Shown one piece after another: positions 46,348-55,548 of a stretch of DNA of 64,000 bases. Under the pieces are notes generated by a model. It was not told where the DNA came from, ran no database searches, and saw nothing but the letters and a program-made list of their open reading frames with translations. The first letter of the stretch is position 1. Each line of letters opens with the position of its first letter. The position numbers and the translations under genes were made by a program. The stretch spans positions 1,005 through 65,004 of the forward strand of contig URQQ01000021.1 of the NCBI GenBank assembly GCA_900549995.1. Direction: 5' to 3'. Source of the stretch: an uncultured Lachnospiraceae bacterium. GTDB lineage: Bacteria; Bacillota; Clostridia; Lachnospirales; Lachnospiraceae.

Positions 46348-46397
46348 TACCGTCTAATTTATAACGTTTTTGTGCCTGTTCTACAGCAACAAACTCT

Positions 46398-47933
46398 TTA
46401 TCTGCTTTCATTATAAACATTACCGCAGATATACACCAGTTCCTGCAAAAGTTTCTGTATTTTGCCTGCCGCCGGATGGGATTCCAGTCCGTATTCTGCC
46501 ATCATACGCTTTATTCCTGGAAACGCAAGCCATGTACTTCCCTCTCCATCCTCCCACACTGCAATGCGAAGCGGAAGTTCCAGCGCAATGCTCTGGTCGG
46601 CCTGCATCAGTCCCGTTCCCACACTCGGAGAACCAAAGACAAGAACTGTCGTCGGGCGGAGATCTAAACCGGCATTTTTCGCATTTTCAGCGTGGTCGAA
46701 TTTAGCAAATACTGGAATTCCCCGGCTTTCAAGCTCTTTTTCCAATCTGCTTACCGTCTCAGATACAGAAAACTGGCCTTCAGACAGATATAAACTGTTA
46801 TCATCATAATTGGTAGATAACAAGTCTCCGAAAGCCGCTGCAATCCGACGGCCCAAATTCGTAAAATCCACCCCCTCTTTATTCGCCAGCAATGTGACGC
46901 ATACCAATTCTTCCGGGTCAGTAAACCGGCTGAGAAAGGAAGAAAATCCTTCCACTGATCCTTTGATATCCATCAATCCTCTATGGTGGTAAAACTGCCA
47001 TCCCGCAACAGCCGGAACTTCCCGCCCATCCGGAAGTATCCACGGTTTATAAATCAAAGCACGGTTCTGCGGCTCATGAATCAGCACTGCTCCTGCCAGC
47101 CCGATATCCCAGAGGGAAATATCCTGCGCACTTGCCCAGATATCAGAAAATCCACGCAGTGCCGATGACTCTGCTCTCTGTATCAGCCTATGATTCTCAT
47201 CGTAGCTTGCAGCCGGTTCTGTCGGACTGATATATAATCCGTCTTTCTTAAACAGCTGATGGACATTTCCCGAAAGCGACACATCTTCGTGCACAAATTT
47301 ATCCAGATCTTCTGCAAATCCAGTATGGCGCAATCCCAGAAACTCAATCTGCCTCCTAGTTATAAAATCATGATAGCTTACTTTACTGACTCTTTCCACA
47401 ATCTCTGTCAGCAGCAGGAAATTCGTCGCACTCTGCTGTACATCAGTTCCCGGCCGAAACTGAAGTGAATGTCTTCCCGCCAAGTTCAAAAGTTCCTCCA
47501 ATGTCCATGTTTTGTGCTGGTCAAATTCTTCCGCCTGCCTGTAATCCGGCAGACCTGAAGAATGCCGGAGCAGCTGTATCACGGTAATTTCTTTCCACTC
47601 TTTCAAAACTTCTGGAATCAGGCTTCCCAGCTCATCCTCTACGGTGAGTTTTCCGTCCTCGCAAAGCTGCATTACCGCCACAGCTGCATACGCCTGCGAT
47701 ATAGGCCCTGCCGGCCACATCGTCTCAGGAGAAGCCAGACGCTTCTGACCCTCATCAGAAAATCCATATCCGACAACACGAGGGATATAAGGCGCCTGCA
47801 CGATCGCAAGTGTCAGTCCCGGAATCTTCTCCTCGCTCATAAACTCCCAGATCATCTCATCTACCGTCTGACCAAGATATGAGATATCCGCACTGCCTCT
47901 CATTTTCATTGTTTCATGTTCACGTGTATTCAT
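46398..47933 (-). CDS. beta-lactamase-fold (serine hydrolase family) domain with degenerate catalytic motifs, fused to a C-terminal DUF302 domain
   Basis: 511 aa. The N-terminal ~370 aa align by eye to the PF00144-type pattern ('IPGLTLAIV', 'LLRHSSGLPDY', 'FRPGT'). The SxxK position reads P-I-S-Q and the YxN position reads Q-S-A. The C-terminus 'VLVFGSPSVGTGLMQADQSIALELPLRIAVWED' is typical of DUF302. Confidence 0.75.
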   Translation of the reverse strand: MNTREHETMKMRGSADISYLGQTVDEMIWEFMSEEKIPGLTLAIVQAPYIPRVVGYGFSDEGQKRLASPETMWPAGPISQAYAAVAVMQLCEDGKLTVEDELGSLIPEVLKEWKEITVIQLLRHSSGLPDYRQAEEFDQHKTWTLEELLNLAGRHSLQFRPGTDVQQSATNFLLLTEIVERVSKVSYHDFITRRQIEFLGLRHTGFAEDLDKFVHEDVSLSGNVHQLFKKDGLYISPTEPAASYDENHRLIQRAESSALRGFSDIWASAQDISLWDIGLAGAVLIHEPQNRALIYKPWILPDGREVPAVAGWQFYHHRGLMDIKGSVEGFSSFLSRFTDPEELVCVTLLANKEGVDFTNLGRRIAAAFGDLLSTNYDDNSLYLSEGQFSVSETVSRLEKELESRGIPVFAKFDHAENAKNAGLDLRPTTVLVFGSPSVGTGLMQADQSIALELPLRIAVWEDGEGSTWLAFPGIKRMMAEYGLESHPAAGKIQKLLQELVYICGNVYNESR

Positions 47934-48060
47934 AAGGCACCTCCTGTGTCTGAATCAAACCTTCAGGTTACTGTTACACAAAACAGTAAAACAAAACTCA
48001 TCTCAATAAGTTGTATGCAATACTGTCTCCCTCTCCGGAACCTCCGGCCGCTTACCAGCC

Positions 48061-48507
48061 TCAGCCTTTTACCTTTTCACTTTTTGTCTGATATGGCCAG
48101 TCGACGATACCGCCGATATCATAGATCTTCTGATATCCCAGTTTTTCCAGCTTTTCTGAGGCATCCCTACTCCGCACTCCTGTCCTGCAATAGACAATCA
48201 ATGCCGCATCTTTATCCGGGAGCTCATCCGGCATCTCAGAGCCAATCGTCTCATTCGGAATGTTAATTGCGTCCGGAATATGTTCTTCTTCAAATTCTTC
48301 CGAAGTCCGGACATCAACAACTGTCACATTTCCCTCGTCCATCATTTTTTTGCCCTCTTCAGCCGTGATCTTATGGTAAACGGCTCCGTCAGAAGACATC
48401 GGTTCTTTCTCTTCCGTACCAGACATCTTGCTTTCCGATGCCGCCGAACATGCGGAAAATAACAGCGCCATTCCTGCCACTACAGGAACTATCCATCTTT
48501 TTTTCAT
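48061..48507 (-). CDS. extracytoplasmic single-domain rhodanese (sulfurtransferase) lipoprotein
   Basis: 148 aa. Signal peptide with lipobox 'LFSAC' and rhodanese active-site loop 'YCRTGVRS'. Confidence 0.85.
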   Translation of the reverse strand: MKKRWIVPVVAGMALLFSACSAASESKMSGTEEKEPMSSDGAVYHKITAEEGKKMMDEGNVTVVDVRTSEEFEEEHIPDAINIPNETIGSEMPDELPDKDAALIVYCRTGVRSRDASEKLEKLGYQKIYDIGGIVDWPYQTKSEKVKG

Positions 48508-48873
48508 TCTTGGCCTCCTTATCTGTAATTATTTTAGTTACATTTATACTGTTACTATATCAGTTACAGTTAGGTTTGTCAAGTGCATAAGATCTTTTTT
48601 AACTTCGTCTCTTTGTTTTTAGTTTATTTTATATTTTTCATATTATTAACGGACAAAAATGGTTATTTCACGGACATTTTAACACAATTCATTTCTGTTA
48701 TGTTATTATAAAACAATAAAGGAGGGGATAAAAATGTGGACTATTAAACGAAATCTTTTTTAAATGCAATAATAAGAAATGTCATTTATTAATAAGTTCT
48801 ATCTTATTTAAAAGAATTTATCTTTATAAATCATATTAATCGTGAATAAACTAAGAAAGGATCATGAAAATTT

Positions 48874-49482
48874 ATGAAAAAGAAAATATTATCCATTCTA
48901 TCTATTCTTCTATTACTGATAAGCTCACTTACTGTAAATGCAAATGATAACACCAAAGACCCATATTCTACAGCTACTATTACTGTCGAAAACAACGAAA
49001 CTGGAGAAGCTATAACCTTCCCAATGGAAATAACAGAACAAGAAACAACAACCTCCAGATCAGCTAATCAAGCAGTAGAAATTACAAAAACATTTGAAGC
49101 TACTGTAAATATAGATCAGGAAACAGGAATTGTTGTTCAGCCAAGAGCCGGACAAACAAACACAGACGTTGTTAATAACTGGTTGGCATCAGTAAGTATT
49201 ACATATAATGACGATGGTAGCAAAGCCCAATTGACAAACGTAAGTGGGTATTGGTCTAGATATGCAAGTACGCCAATTGAATTAACAAATAGAAGTGTGG
49301 GTTACGGTTACATATTAATTACTCAATCAGCTCATGTTGACAAATATCCCACATCGAACAGCTTTTCCTATAATACAGGGTTTGGAAAATACGCATATGG
49401 TACCAGTTCATTTTTAGGCTGTGATTCCACTGCCACTGTCGGATCATATACACTTCGTGTAGAATGTAGGAAAAATTATTAA
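48874..49482 (+). CDS. secreted hypothetical protein, no recognisable family
   Basis: 202 aa. Classical signal peptide 'MKKKILSILSILLLLISSLTVNA|ND'. Thr/Asn/Ser-rich mature part with two Cys near the C-terminus. Lies in an AT-rich segment. Confidence 0.6.
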   Translation: MKKKILSILSILLLLISSLTVNANDNTKDPYSTATITVENNETGEAITFPMEITEQETTTSRSANQAVEITKTFEATVNIDQETGIVVQPRAGQTNTDVVNNWLASVSITYNDDGSKAQLTNVSGYWSRYASTPIELTNRSVGYGYILITQSAHVDKYPTSNSFSYNTGFGKYAYGTSSFLGCDSTATVGSYTLRVECRKNY

Positions 49483-49596
49483 CTGCACTTTTACTAAATT
49501 ATTATTTCCTATACTCTATTTAAAATATGTTCCGCATACATTATTAATACAATCTGCATAATGGGAAATCTGTAAATTATAAAAGAAGGTGAAAAA

Positions 49597-49860
49597 ATGA
49601 AACTTCTCAGAAAAGAATTAACAATAGTTCGTTCCATGCGAGACGCAATAGAGATCGTCAATATTCTAAAAGAAAATGGAATTAAAAGCAGATATTCCCT
49701 CAACAGCAGAAATTCAACCTGGCTGGGGAGAGGTACAACCCGCACTTACTTCGCCAGTATTGGAGTGAATGATAACTATGACACACTATACTATATCTAT
49801 GTTAACAAAGATGATTTCGATGAAGCCTTCTATATATTAAGAACAAAATTAAACAAATAG
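49597..49860 (+). CDS. small cytoplasmic hypothetical protein (possibly DUF2007-like fold)
   Basis: 87 aa with a GAAGGTGA RBS 5 nt upstream. The family call is weak and rests on the 'AIEIVNILKENGI' ... 'DFDEAFYIL' pattern only. Confidence 0.5.
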   Translation: MKLLRKELTIVRSMRDAIEIVNILKENGIKSRYSLNSRNSTWLGRGTTRTYFASIGVNDNYDTLYYIYVNKDDFDEAFYILRTKLNK

Positions 49861-49913
49861 CATCGAAATCTCTTAGCAGAAGGCAAGTTTTATAAGCTTG
49901 CTTTCATAGCAAA

Positions 49914-49958
49914 AGCCCGTGAAATGAAAAGCATCAAACACTTTTCATTTCACGGGCT
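49914..49958. terminator. bidirectional intrinsic terminator (ends the mal operon on the minus strand and the islet genes on the plus strand)
   Basis: Perfect 18-bp stem AGCCCGTGAAATGAAAAG / CTTTTCATTTCACGGGCT with a 9-nt loop. AAAA upstream on plus gives a TTTT tail on minus. Confidence 0.8.
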
Positions 49959-50021
49959 TTCCACTCTTTATATGCTGGTCAGACAGATTCCTGCAGCTTC
50001 TTCGTCAGTTTCCTGATAAGA

Positions 50022-51773
50022 TTAAATTCTCCGGATCAATGTCCCATTTTTCCCAAGAATTCCGCCTTCATATCTCCTGCTGTACAGTATTTCGCCTTTC
50101 TGTTCAACCGCAATCTCTTTTCCACAGCAATTCAACAGAATCTCTGTCTTATCCCCATCTTCAGAAAGTTTGATATACTCCACGCATCTTTTTTCACTGA
50201 TCAGATTCGGAAAATGGAAATGCAGGCTTTTGAATGTATCCTCCGACCTGCGCAGACGGATCAGTTGTTTCAGATCTCTGATTTTTGCCTGATTCTCCGG
50301 TAACTTGAGCTCATCCCATGGCATACACCGCCTGCAGTCCGGATCGTGGCTGCCTTCCAGTGCCACTTCTGTTCCATAATAGATGCAGGGACTTCCCGGC
50401 ATCGTAAAAAGCACTGCCAGCTGCTGGAAGAAAATGTCCATATCTTTTGTCCGGTTGATCAGACGGTCAGTATCGTGAGAATCAAGTAAATTGAAGATCA
50501 CATTGTTATTCTGCTGCATATACATCGTATAGCAACGGTTAATCATATATTCAAAATCTTCTTTTCCAAGGCTTTCATCCAGAAAGAAATCATTGATGCT
50601 CCCCGTCAGCGGATAATTCATGACAGAATCGTATTCATCGCCAAGCAGCCACTGGCTGGCATGGTGCCAGATTTCCCCTAAAAGATACACTTCCGGTTTG
50701 ACTGCCTTAAGCCGCTCTCTGATCCTCTTTAAGAATTTATGTGACACTTCATTGCCTACATCGAAACGTATCCCATCGACATCATGCTCTTTTACCCAGT
50801 AACTGCATACATCTGCAATATACGCAATGACATCGTCATTGTTCGTGTTCAGTTTGGGCATGGCTGAATAGAAGGCAAAAGAATAAAAACTTCCGTCTCT
50901 TGTATCATACTTCCCCTGGTCAAACGGCCACTCGTTGATCATAAACCAGCTGTAATATTCTGATTCCGGCCCCTTTTCAAGTACATCCAGCCACGGCGCA
51001 AACTGACTGCCGCAGTGGTTGAACACCCCATCCAGCATAACCCGGATTCCTTTTTCGTGTGCTTTCTCTACAAAAGAATGAAACAATGCTTCATCCCCAA
51101 ATGCGGGGTCTATCTTCTGATAATCTTTCGTATCATATTTATGATTCGAATCGGCCTCGAAAATAGGGTTCAGATAAATTCCCGTAATTCCAAGATCCTG
51201 CAGATAAGGCAGTTTCTGTATCATTCCGCTCAGATTTCCGCCAAACCTCTCTTCATTCGTGACAGAACCAGTTCTCCACGGTTTGATATCCGGCATATTT
51301 TGCTCTGGTGTTCCGTTACAGAACCGGTCAGGAAAGATCTGATACCACACAGTATCATTGACCCAGGACGGGGTCAGGTTCACATCTGTCGGATTCATCC
51401 ATGGCACCGTAAAGCACTGCAGCATCTTTCCATCCAGCATCAACTGCTCTTTTGTCACGAATCCATCCTCAAAATAATACCAGACCTCATCTCTGGTGTG
51501 CAGCTCAAAATAATACTTACACCGCTTATACTCCGGGCGCAACGTCGTCGTCCACCAGATCTGATACTTCAGACGCTTCTTATAACAGATCTCTTCCCTT
51601 TTCCCGGTCCATGTCTCACTTCCGCCGAGAATCCCCGCCTCAAACGGGTCGCCATAATGAATGTATACCTTTTCCACATCATATCCGGTTTTTAAATTCA
51701 CTGCGAGCTCATTTTCATTCAGCGCGTAACTCATCTGCTCCGATGTCTTATGATAAACTGCCTGAAATTCCAT
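50022..51773 (-). CDS. cytoplasmic GH13 alpha-glycosidase (neopullulanase/cyclomaltodextrinase/maltogenic amylase type)
   Basis: 583 aa with no signal peptide. GH13 regions 'MLDGVFNHCG', 'GIRFDVGNE', 'YLLGEIWH', 'LLDSHD'. N-terminal domain 'AVYHKTSEQMSYA'. Confidence 0.9.
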   Translation of the reverse strand: MEFQAVYHKTSEQMSYALNENELAVNLKTGYDVEKVYIHYGDPFEAGILGGSETWTGKREEICYKKRLKYQIWWTTTLRPEYKRCKYYFELHTRDEVWYYFEDGFVTKEQLMLDGKMLQCFTVPWMNPTDVNLTPSWVNDTVWYQIFPDRFCNGTPEQNMPDIKPWRTGSVTNEERFGGNLSGMIQKLPYLQDLGITGIYLNPIFEADSNHKYDTKDYQKIDPAFGDEALFHSFVEKAHEKGIRVMLDGVFNHCGSQFAPWLDVLEKGPESEYYSWFMINEWPFDQGKYDTRDGSFYSFAFYSAMPKLNTNNDDVIAYIADVCSYWVKEHDVDGIRFDVGNEVSHKFLKRIRERLKAVKPEVYLLGEIWHHASQWLLGDEYDSVMNYPLTGSINDFFLDESLGKEDFEYMINRCYTMYMQQNNNVIFNLLDSHDTDRLINRTKDMDIFFQQLAVLFTMPGSPCIYYGTEVALEGSHDPDCRRCMPWDELKLPENQAKIRDLKQLIRLRRSEDTFKSLHFHFPNLISEKRCVEYIKLSEDGDKTEILLNCCGKEIAVEQKGEILYSRRYEGGILGKNGTLIRRI

Positions 51774-53235
51774 ACGTTCCCCCTTTCCTCCAATGTACTG
51801 CCTGTTTATAACGCGAAAGTTTTATTTTCATCTCGCGAAAGTCCACAAGTTTCCACTCCCAGTTCGGAGAACCTACCGTTCCCGGTGTGTTAAGCCTTGC
51901 CTCTTCACCCGCTTCAATCAGATCGGCCGCCGCAATTACCGCATAGTCTGCGACGCTTCCAAGTGCATAGAAGATCAGCCGCTCATTTACAGAACCATTC
52001 TTCAGGCCGTTTCTCCGAAGCCACCTGCGAAGCTTTCGTCTGCCCGCATTTGTAAGGCTTTGATACCATTCTTTCAGCGTGGCATTGTCATGTGTCCCCG
52101 TATAAATGATCATGTTTTCCGTGTCATGAAACTCATCTCTGGCGTATTTCCCATCGGTCTGAATTGAAAACTGCAGGATTTTCATTCCTTTAAGCTGATA
52201 GTGATCTTTCAGTTTCGTGACTTCTGCCCGGAGCATCCCAAGATCTTCTGCCACAAGGGACAGTCCCGGAATCTCTGCAAGCATTCTGTCCATCACTTCA
52301 TATCCGGGTGCCTCAATCCATTCCCCTTCCATCGCTGTCGGACAGGAGGCCGGAATCTTCCAGTAAGTATCAAATGCCCGGAAATGATCGATTCTGATCA
52401 GGTCAAACATCTTCTGGCTGTAACCAATCCGGTCAATCCAGAATTTATAATTATTTTCTTTCATATACTCCCAGTCATAGATCGGATTTCCCCATCTCTG
52501 CCCGGTAGCACTGAAGTAGTCCGGGGGCACTCCGGCAATGAACGTCGGCCGGCCATCGGTATCCAGGAGGAAATTCTCCTTCTTCGCCCAGACATCTGCG
52601 GAGTCAATTCCTACGTAAAACGGAACATCTCCCATAATTTTGATTCCTTTTTCCTGCGCCGCCTCATGAATCTTCTTCCACTGCCGGCTAAACAGATACT
52701 GAAGAAATGCCTGGTACCCGGCCTCCTCCTGATAAGGAGAAAGATCTGCCTTTCCATCTTCTGGCCAGTGCTTCAGGGAATCTTCCCATTCCACCCAGCA
52801 CCGCCCTTCGTTCGCCAGTTTCAACGCCCGGAATACACTGTATTGTCGTACCCACTCCTGACTTTTAAATGCTTCATACTCCTTCGATGTCTGAAATGCT
52901 TCATAAGCTTTCCTCAGGTAAGGCTCCTTAAATTCTCGGATCATTTCATAATTGATCCTGCTCTCATCCTTCCGGTAATCCGGCGGCAGTTCCTTCAGAA
53001 GTCCATCCTCGTAAAGCCCATCCAGACTGATATAAATCTCATCCCCGGCAAAGGAAGAATACGGCTGATACGGGGAGTTTCCATAGCCTGCCGGATTGAG
53101 CGGGAGAATCTGCCAGATCGTGATCCCAGCATCGCAAAGCATCTCAAGCCATTCATATGCATATTTCCCAAGTTCCCCCACTCCGCTCCTTGACGGGAGT
53201 GCGGATACCGGAAGCAGAATTCCAGTCTCTTTCAT
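51748..53235 (-). CDS. malQ: 4-alpha-glucanotransferase (amylomaltase, GH77)
   Basis: 495 aa. 'GILLPVSALPS', 'IMGDVPFYV', 'GVPPDYFSATGQRWGNPIYDW', 'IRIDHFRAF'. Confidence 0.92.
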   Translation of the reverse strand: MKETGILLPVSALPSRSGVGELGKYAYEWLEMLCDAGITIWQILPLNPAGYGNSPYQPYSSFAGDEIYISLDGLYEDGLLKELPPDYRKDESRINYEMIREFKEPYLRKAYEAFQTSKEYEAFKSQEWVRQYSVFRALKLANEGRCWVEWEDSLKHWPEDGKADLSPYQEEAGYQAFLQYLFSRQWKKIHEAAQEKGIKIMGDVPFYVGIDSADVWAKKENFLLDTDGRPTFIAGVPPDYFSATGQRWGNPIYDWEYMKENNYKFWIDRIGYSQKMFDLIRIDHFRAFDTYWKIPASCPTAMEGEWIEAPGYEVMDRMLAEIPGLSLVAEDLGMLRAEVTKLKDHYQLKGMKILQFSIQTDGKYARDEFHDTENMIIYTGTHDNATLKEWYQSLTNAGRRKLRRWLRRNGLKNGSVNERLIFYALGSVADYAVIAAADLIEAGEEARLNTPGTVGSPNWEWKLVDFREMKIKLSRYKQAVHWRKGGTYGISGSLS

Positions 53236-53270
53236 AGTTCCTTCTCCATTTCACTTTTTCACAACATTTC

Positions 53271-55529
53271 CTACAGATGCCAGATGTCCCGGTTATATTC
53301 TAAAATGGTACGGTCAGAGGAAAAATATCCGGCTTTCGCGATATTAATCAGTGATTTTTTCGCCCATGCACGTGAATCTTCATAGTCAGAAAGCATCTGC
53401 TCTTTCGTATCAATATACGCCCTCAGATCCAGAAGTGTCATAAACCAGTCTTTTGACACCAGTTCTTTATACAGTCTTCCAAGGTTCACCGGATCTCCGG
53501 TCATTATCATCTTCTTGCTGATGATAAAATCAACCAGTTCCTCAATCAGCGGATCATTTTCATAGATCTCTCTGGAGCAATAGTTGCCCGTCTCATAAAG
53601 TTTAATGACTTCCTCCGATTCCTTTCCAAAGATGTAGATATTCTCATCCCCGACAAGTTCATGGATTTCTACATTGGCACCATCTTCTGTTCCAAGTGTC
53701 ACCGCGCCATTTAACATAAACTTCATGTTGCCGGTACCAGATGCTTCCTTTGACGCGAGAGAAATCTGTTCCGATATATCGCAGGCAGGAATCAGCTTCG
53801 CCGCTTTGCTGACGTTATAATTCTCAACCATCACAACTTTCATATATGGGCTTACATCCGGGTCATTGTCAATCACTTCCTGGAGACAGAGAATGAGATG
53901 GATAATATCCTTGGCAATCGTGTAAGCGGGTGCTGCTTTTGCCCCGAAAATCATTGTCAGCGGACGTTTCGGTTTCTTTCCTTTCTTGATTTCCATATAT
54001 TTATATATGGCATACAGCGCGTTCATCTGCTGTCTCTTATACTCATGGAGGCGCTTGATCTGGATATCAAAGACGGAGTTCTCATCGATCTCGATTCCCT
54101 GCGTCTGTTTCAGATATTTCTTAAGTTCCACCTTCGCATGATTCTTGATCCCGGCCAGTCTGTTTAACACAGCGTCATCGTCCTGGAATTTCAAAAGCCC
54201 TTCCAGCTTCGCGGCATCTTCTTTATATTCCGGCCCGATCAATTCTTCAATATAATCTGCAAGTTCGTGATTGCAGTGTACAAGCCACCTTCTAAAGGTG
54301 ATTCCGTTCGTCTTATTGTTAAACTTCTGCGGATAAATATCATAGAACGGCTTTAACTCTGACTGTTCCAGTATCTCCGTATGTAATGCTGCCACGCCAT
54401 TGACACTGTATCCGTAATGAATATCTATGTGCGCCATATGTACACGGTTTTCTTTGTCTATAATATACACCCTTTCATCGTGGTAATCCCTCCGCACCCG
54501 TTCATCTAATTCACGGATGATCGGAATCAGATGCGGCACCGTCTTCTCAAGATAATCAAGCGGCCACTTTTCCAGTGCTTCTGCAAGGATGGTATGATTC
54601 GTATACGCACATGTTTTTCTGACCACATCGATTGCCGTATCCATATTGAATCCACGCATCACAAGAAGACGGATCAGTTCCGGAATGACCATCGTCGGAT
54701 GGGTATCGTTGATCTGGACTGCCACATGTTCATGCAGATGATAGAGATCATATCCTTTCTCTTCGGCCTCTTTTAAAATGAGCTGTGCAGCGTTGCTTAC
54801 CATAAAATACTGCTGGTAAATTCTTAAAAGCCTTCCTTTTTCGTCGCTGTCATCCGGATAGAGGAACAATGTCAGGTTCCGGCGGATATCATCTTTGTCA
54901 AACTCAATCCCATCCCGGATGATAGATTCATCCACACTGTCGATGTCAAACAGATGGAGTTTATTGCATCCGTTCTGATATCCCGGCACGTCAATATCAT
55001 ACATCACAGAAGTCAATGTGAAATCTTTAAACGGAACTTCAAACTGTACCTTCGTCCTGTCCAGCCAGCTGTTCTCTGTAATCCAGGGATTTTTCTCTTC
55101 CTTCTGCTTATGGTCCGCAAATGTCTGCCGAAACAGGCCGTCATGGTAGTTCAGTCCCACTCCGTCCCCGGAAAGTCCAAGTGTTGCAATGGAATCAAGA
55201 AAACATGCAGCAAGCCTTCCAAGTCCTCCGTTGCCAAGTGACGGTTCCAGCTCGCATTCTTCGATTTCTGTCAGGTCATGCCCGTGGTTTTTAAGCACTT
55301 CCCTCGTCTCTTCAAAGAGCCCAAGATTGATCAGGTTGTTAGATAACAATTTTCCAATGAGAAACTCTGCGGAAATGTAATATAATTTGCGTTCTCCTTC
55401 GTTTCGTTTCATCCCATGCATCTGATCCTTTGTAATCTGGAGAAGAGCAATGTAAATCTCTTCCCTGGATGCATCTTTGATTTCTTTTCCATACCGTTCC
55501 ATAAGAAACTGCGCTAATAATTTTTCCAT
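53271..55529 (-). CDS. glgP: alpha-glucan (glycogen/maltodextrin) phosphorylase
   Basis: PLP-lysine motif '[15 protein letters not shown]' and '[16 protein letters not shown]'. Start at ATG 55529 (MEKLLAQF...) behind AAAGGAG. The track extension to 55643 overlaps the upstream gene. Confidence 0.93.
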   Translation of the reverse strand: MEKLLAQFLMERYGKEIKDASREEIYIALLQITKDQMHGMKRNEGERKLYYISAEFLIGKLLSNNLINLGLFEETREVLKNHGHDLTEIEECELEPSLGNGGLGRLAACFLDSIATLGLSGDGVGLNYHDGLFRQTFADHKQKEEKNPWITENSWLDRTKVQFEVPFKDFTLTSVMYDIDVPGYQNGCNKLHLFDIDSVDESIIRDGIEFDKDDIRRNLTLFLYPDDSDEKGRLLRIYQQYFMVSNAAQLILKEAEEKGYDLYHLHEHVAVQINDTHPTMVIPELIRLLVMRGFNMDTAIDVVRKTCAYTNHTILAEALEKWPLDYLEKTVPHLIPIIRELDERVRRDYHDERVYIIDKENRVHMAHIDIHYGYSVNGVAALHTEILEQSELKPFYDIYPQKFNNKTNGITFRRWLVHCNHELADYIEELIGPEYKEDAAKLEGLLKFQDDDAVLNRLAGIKNHAKVELKKYLKQTQGIEIDENSVFDIQIKRLHEYKRQQMNALYAIYKYMEIKKGKKPKRPLTMIFGAKAAPAYTIAKDIIHLILCLQEVIDNDPDVSPYMKVVMVENYNVSKAAKLIPACDISEQISLASKEASGTGNMKFMLNGAVTLGTEDGANVEIHELVGDENIYIFGKESEEVIKLYETGNYCSREIYENDPLIEELVDFIISKKMIMTGDPVNLGRLYKELVSKDWFMTLLDLRAYIDTKEQMLSDYEDSRAWAKKSLINIAKAGYFSSDRTILEYNRDIWHL

Positions 55530-55548
55530 CTCGTCTACTCCTTTTCTT

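Noticed and set aside
52201-53193. 330-aa plus-strand ORF antisense to malQ. Similar cases are 61318-62094 antisense to malF/malE, 12161-12979 across the DCCP/csd junction, 51015-51695 antisense to GH13, and 36581-37162 antisense to the RR/HK genes.
   Set aside because: All are nested in the opposite strand of strongly recognisable genes. They have junk-like composition and no RBS or family signal.
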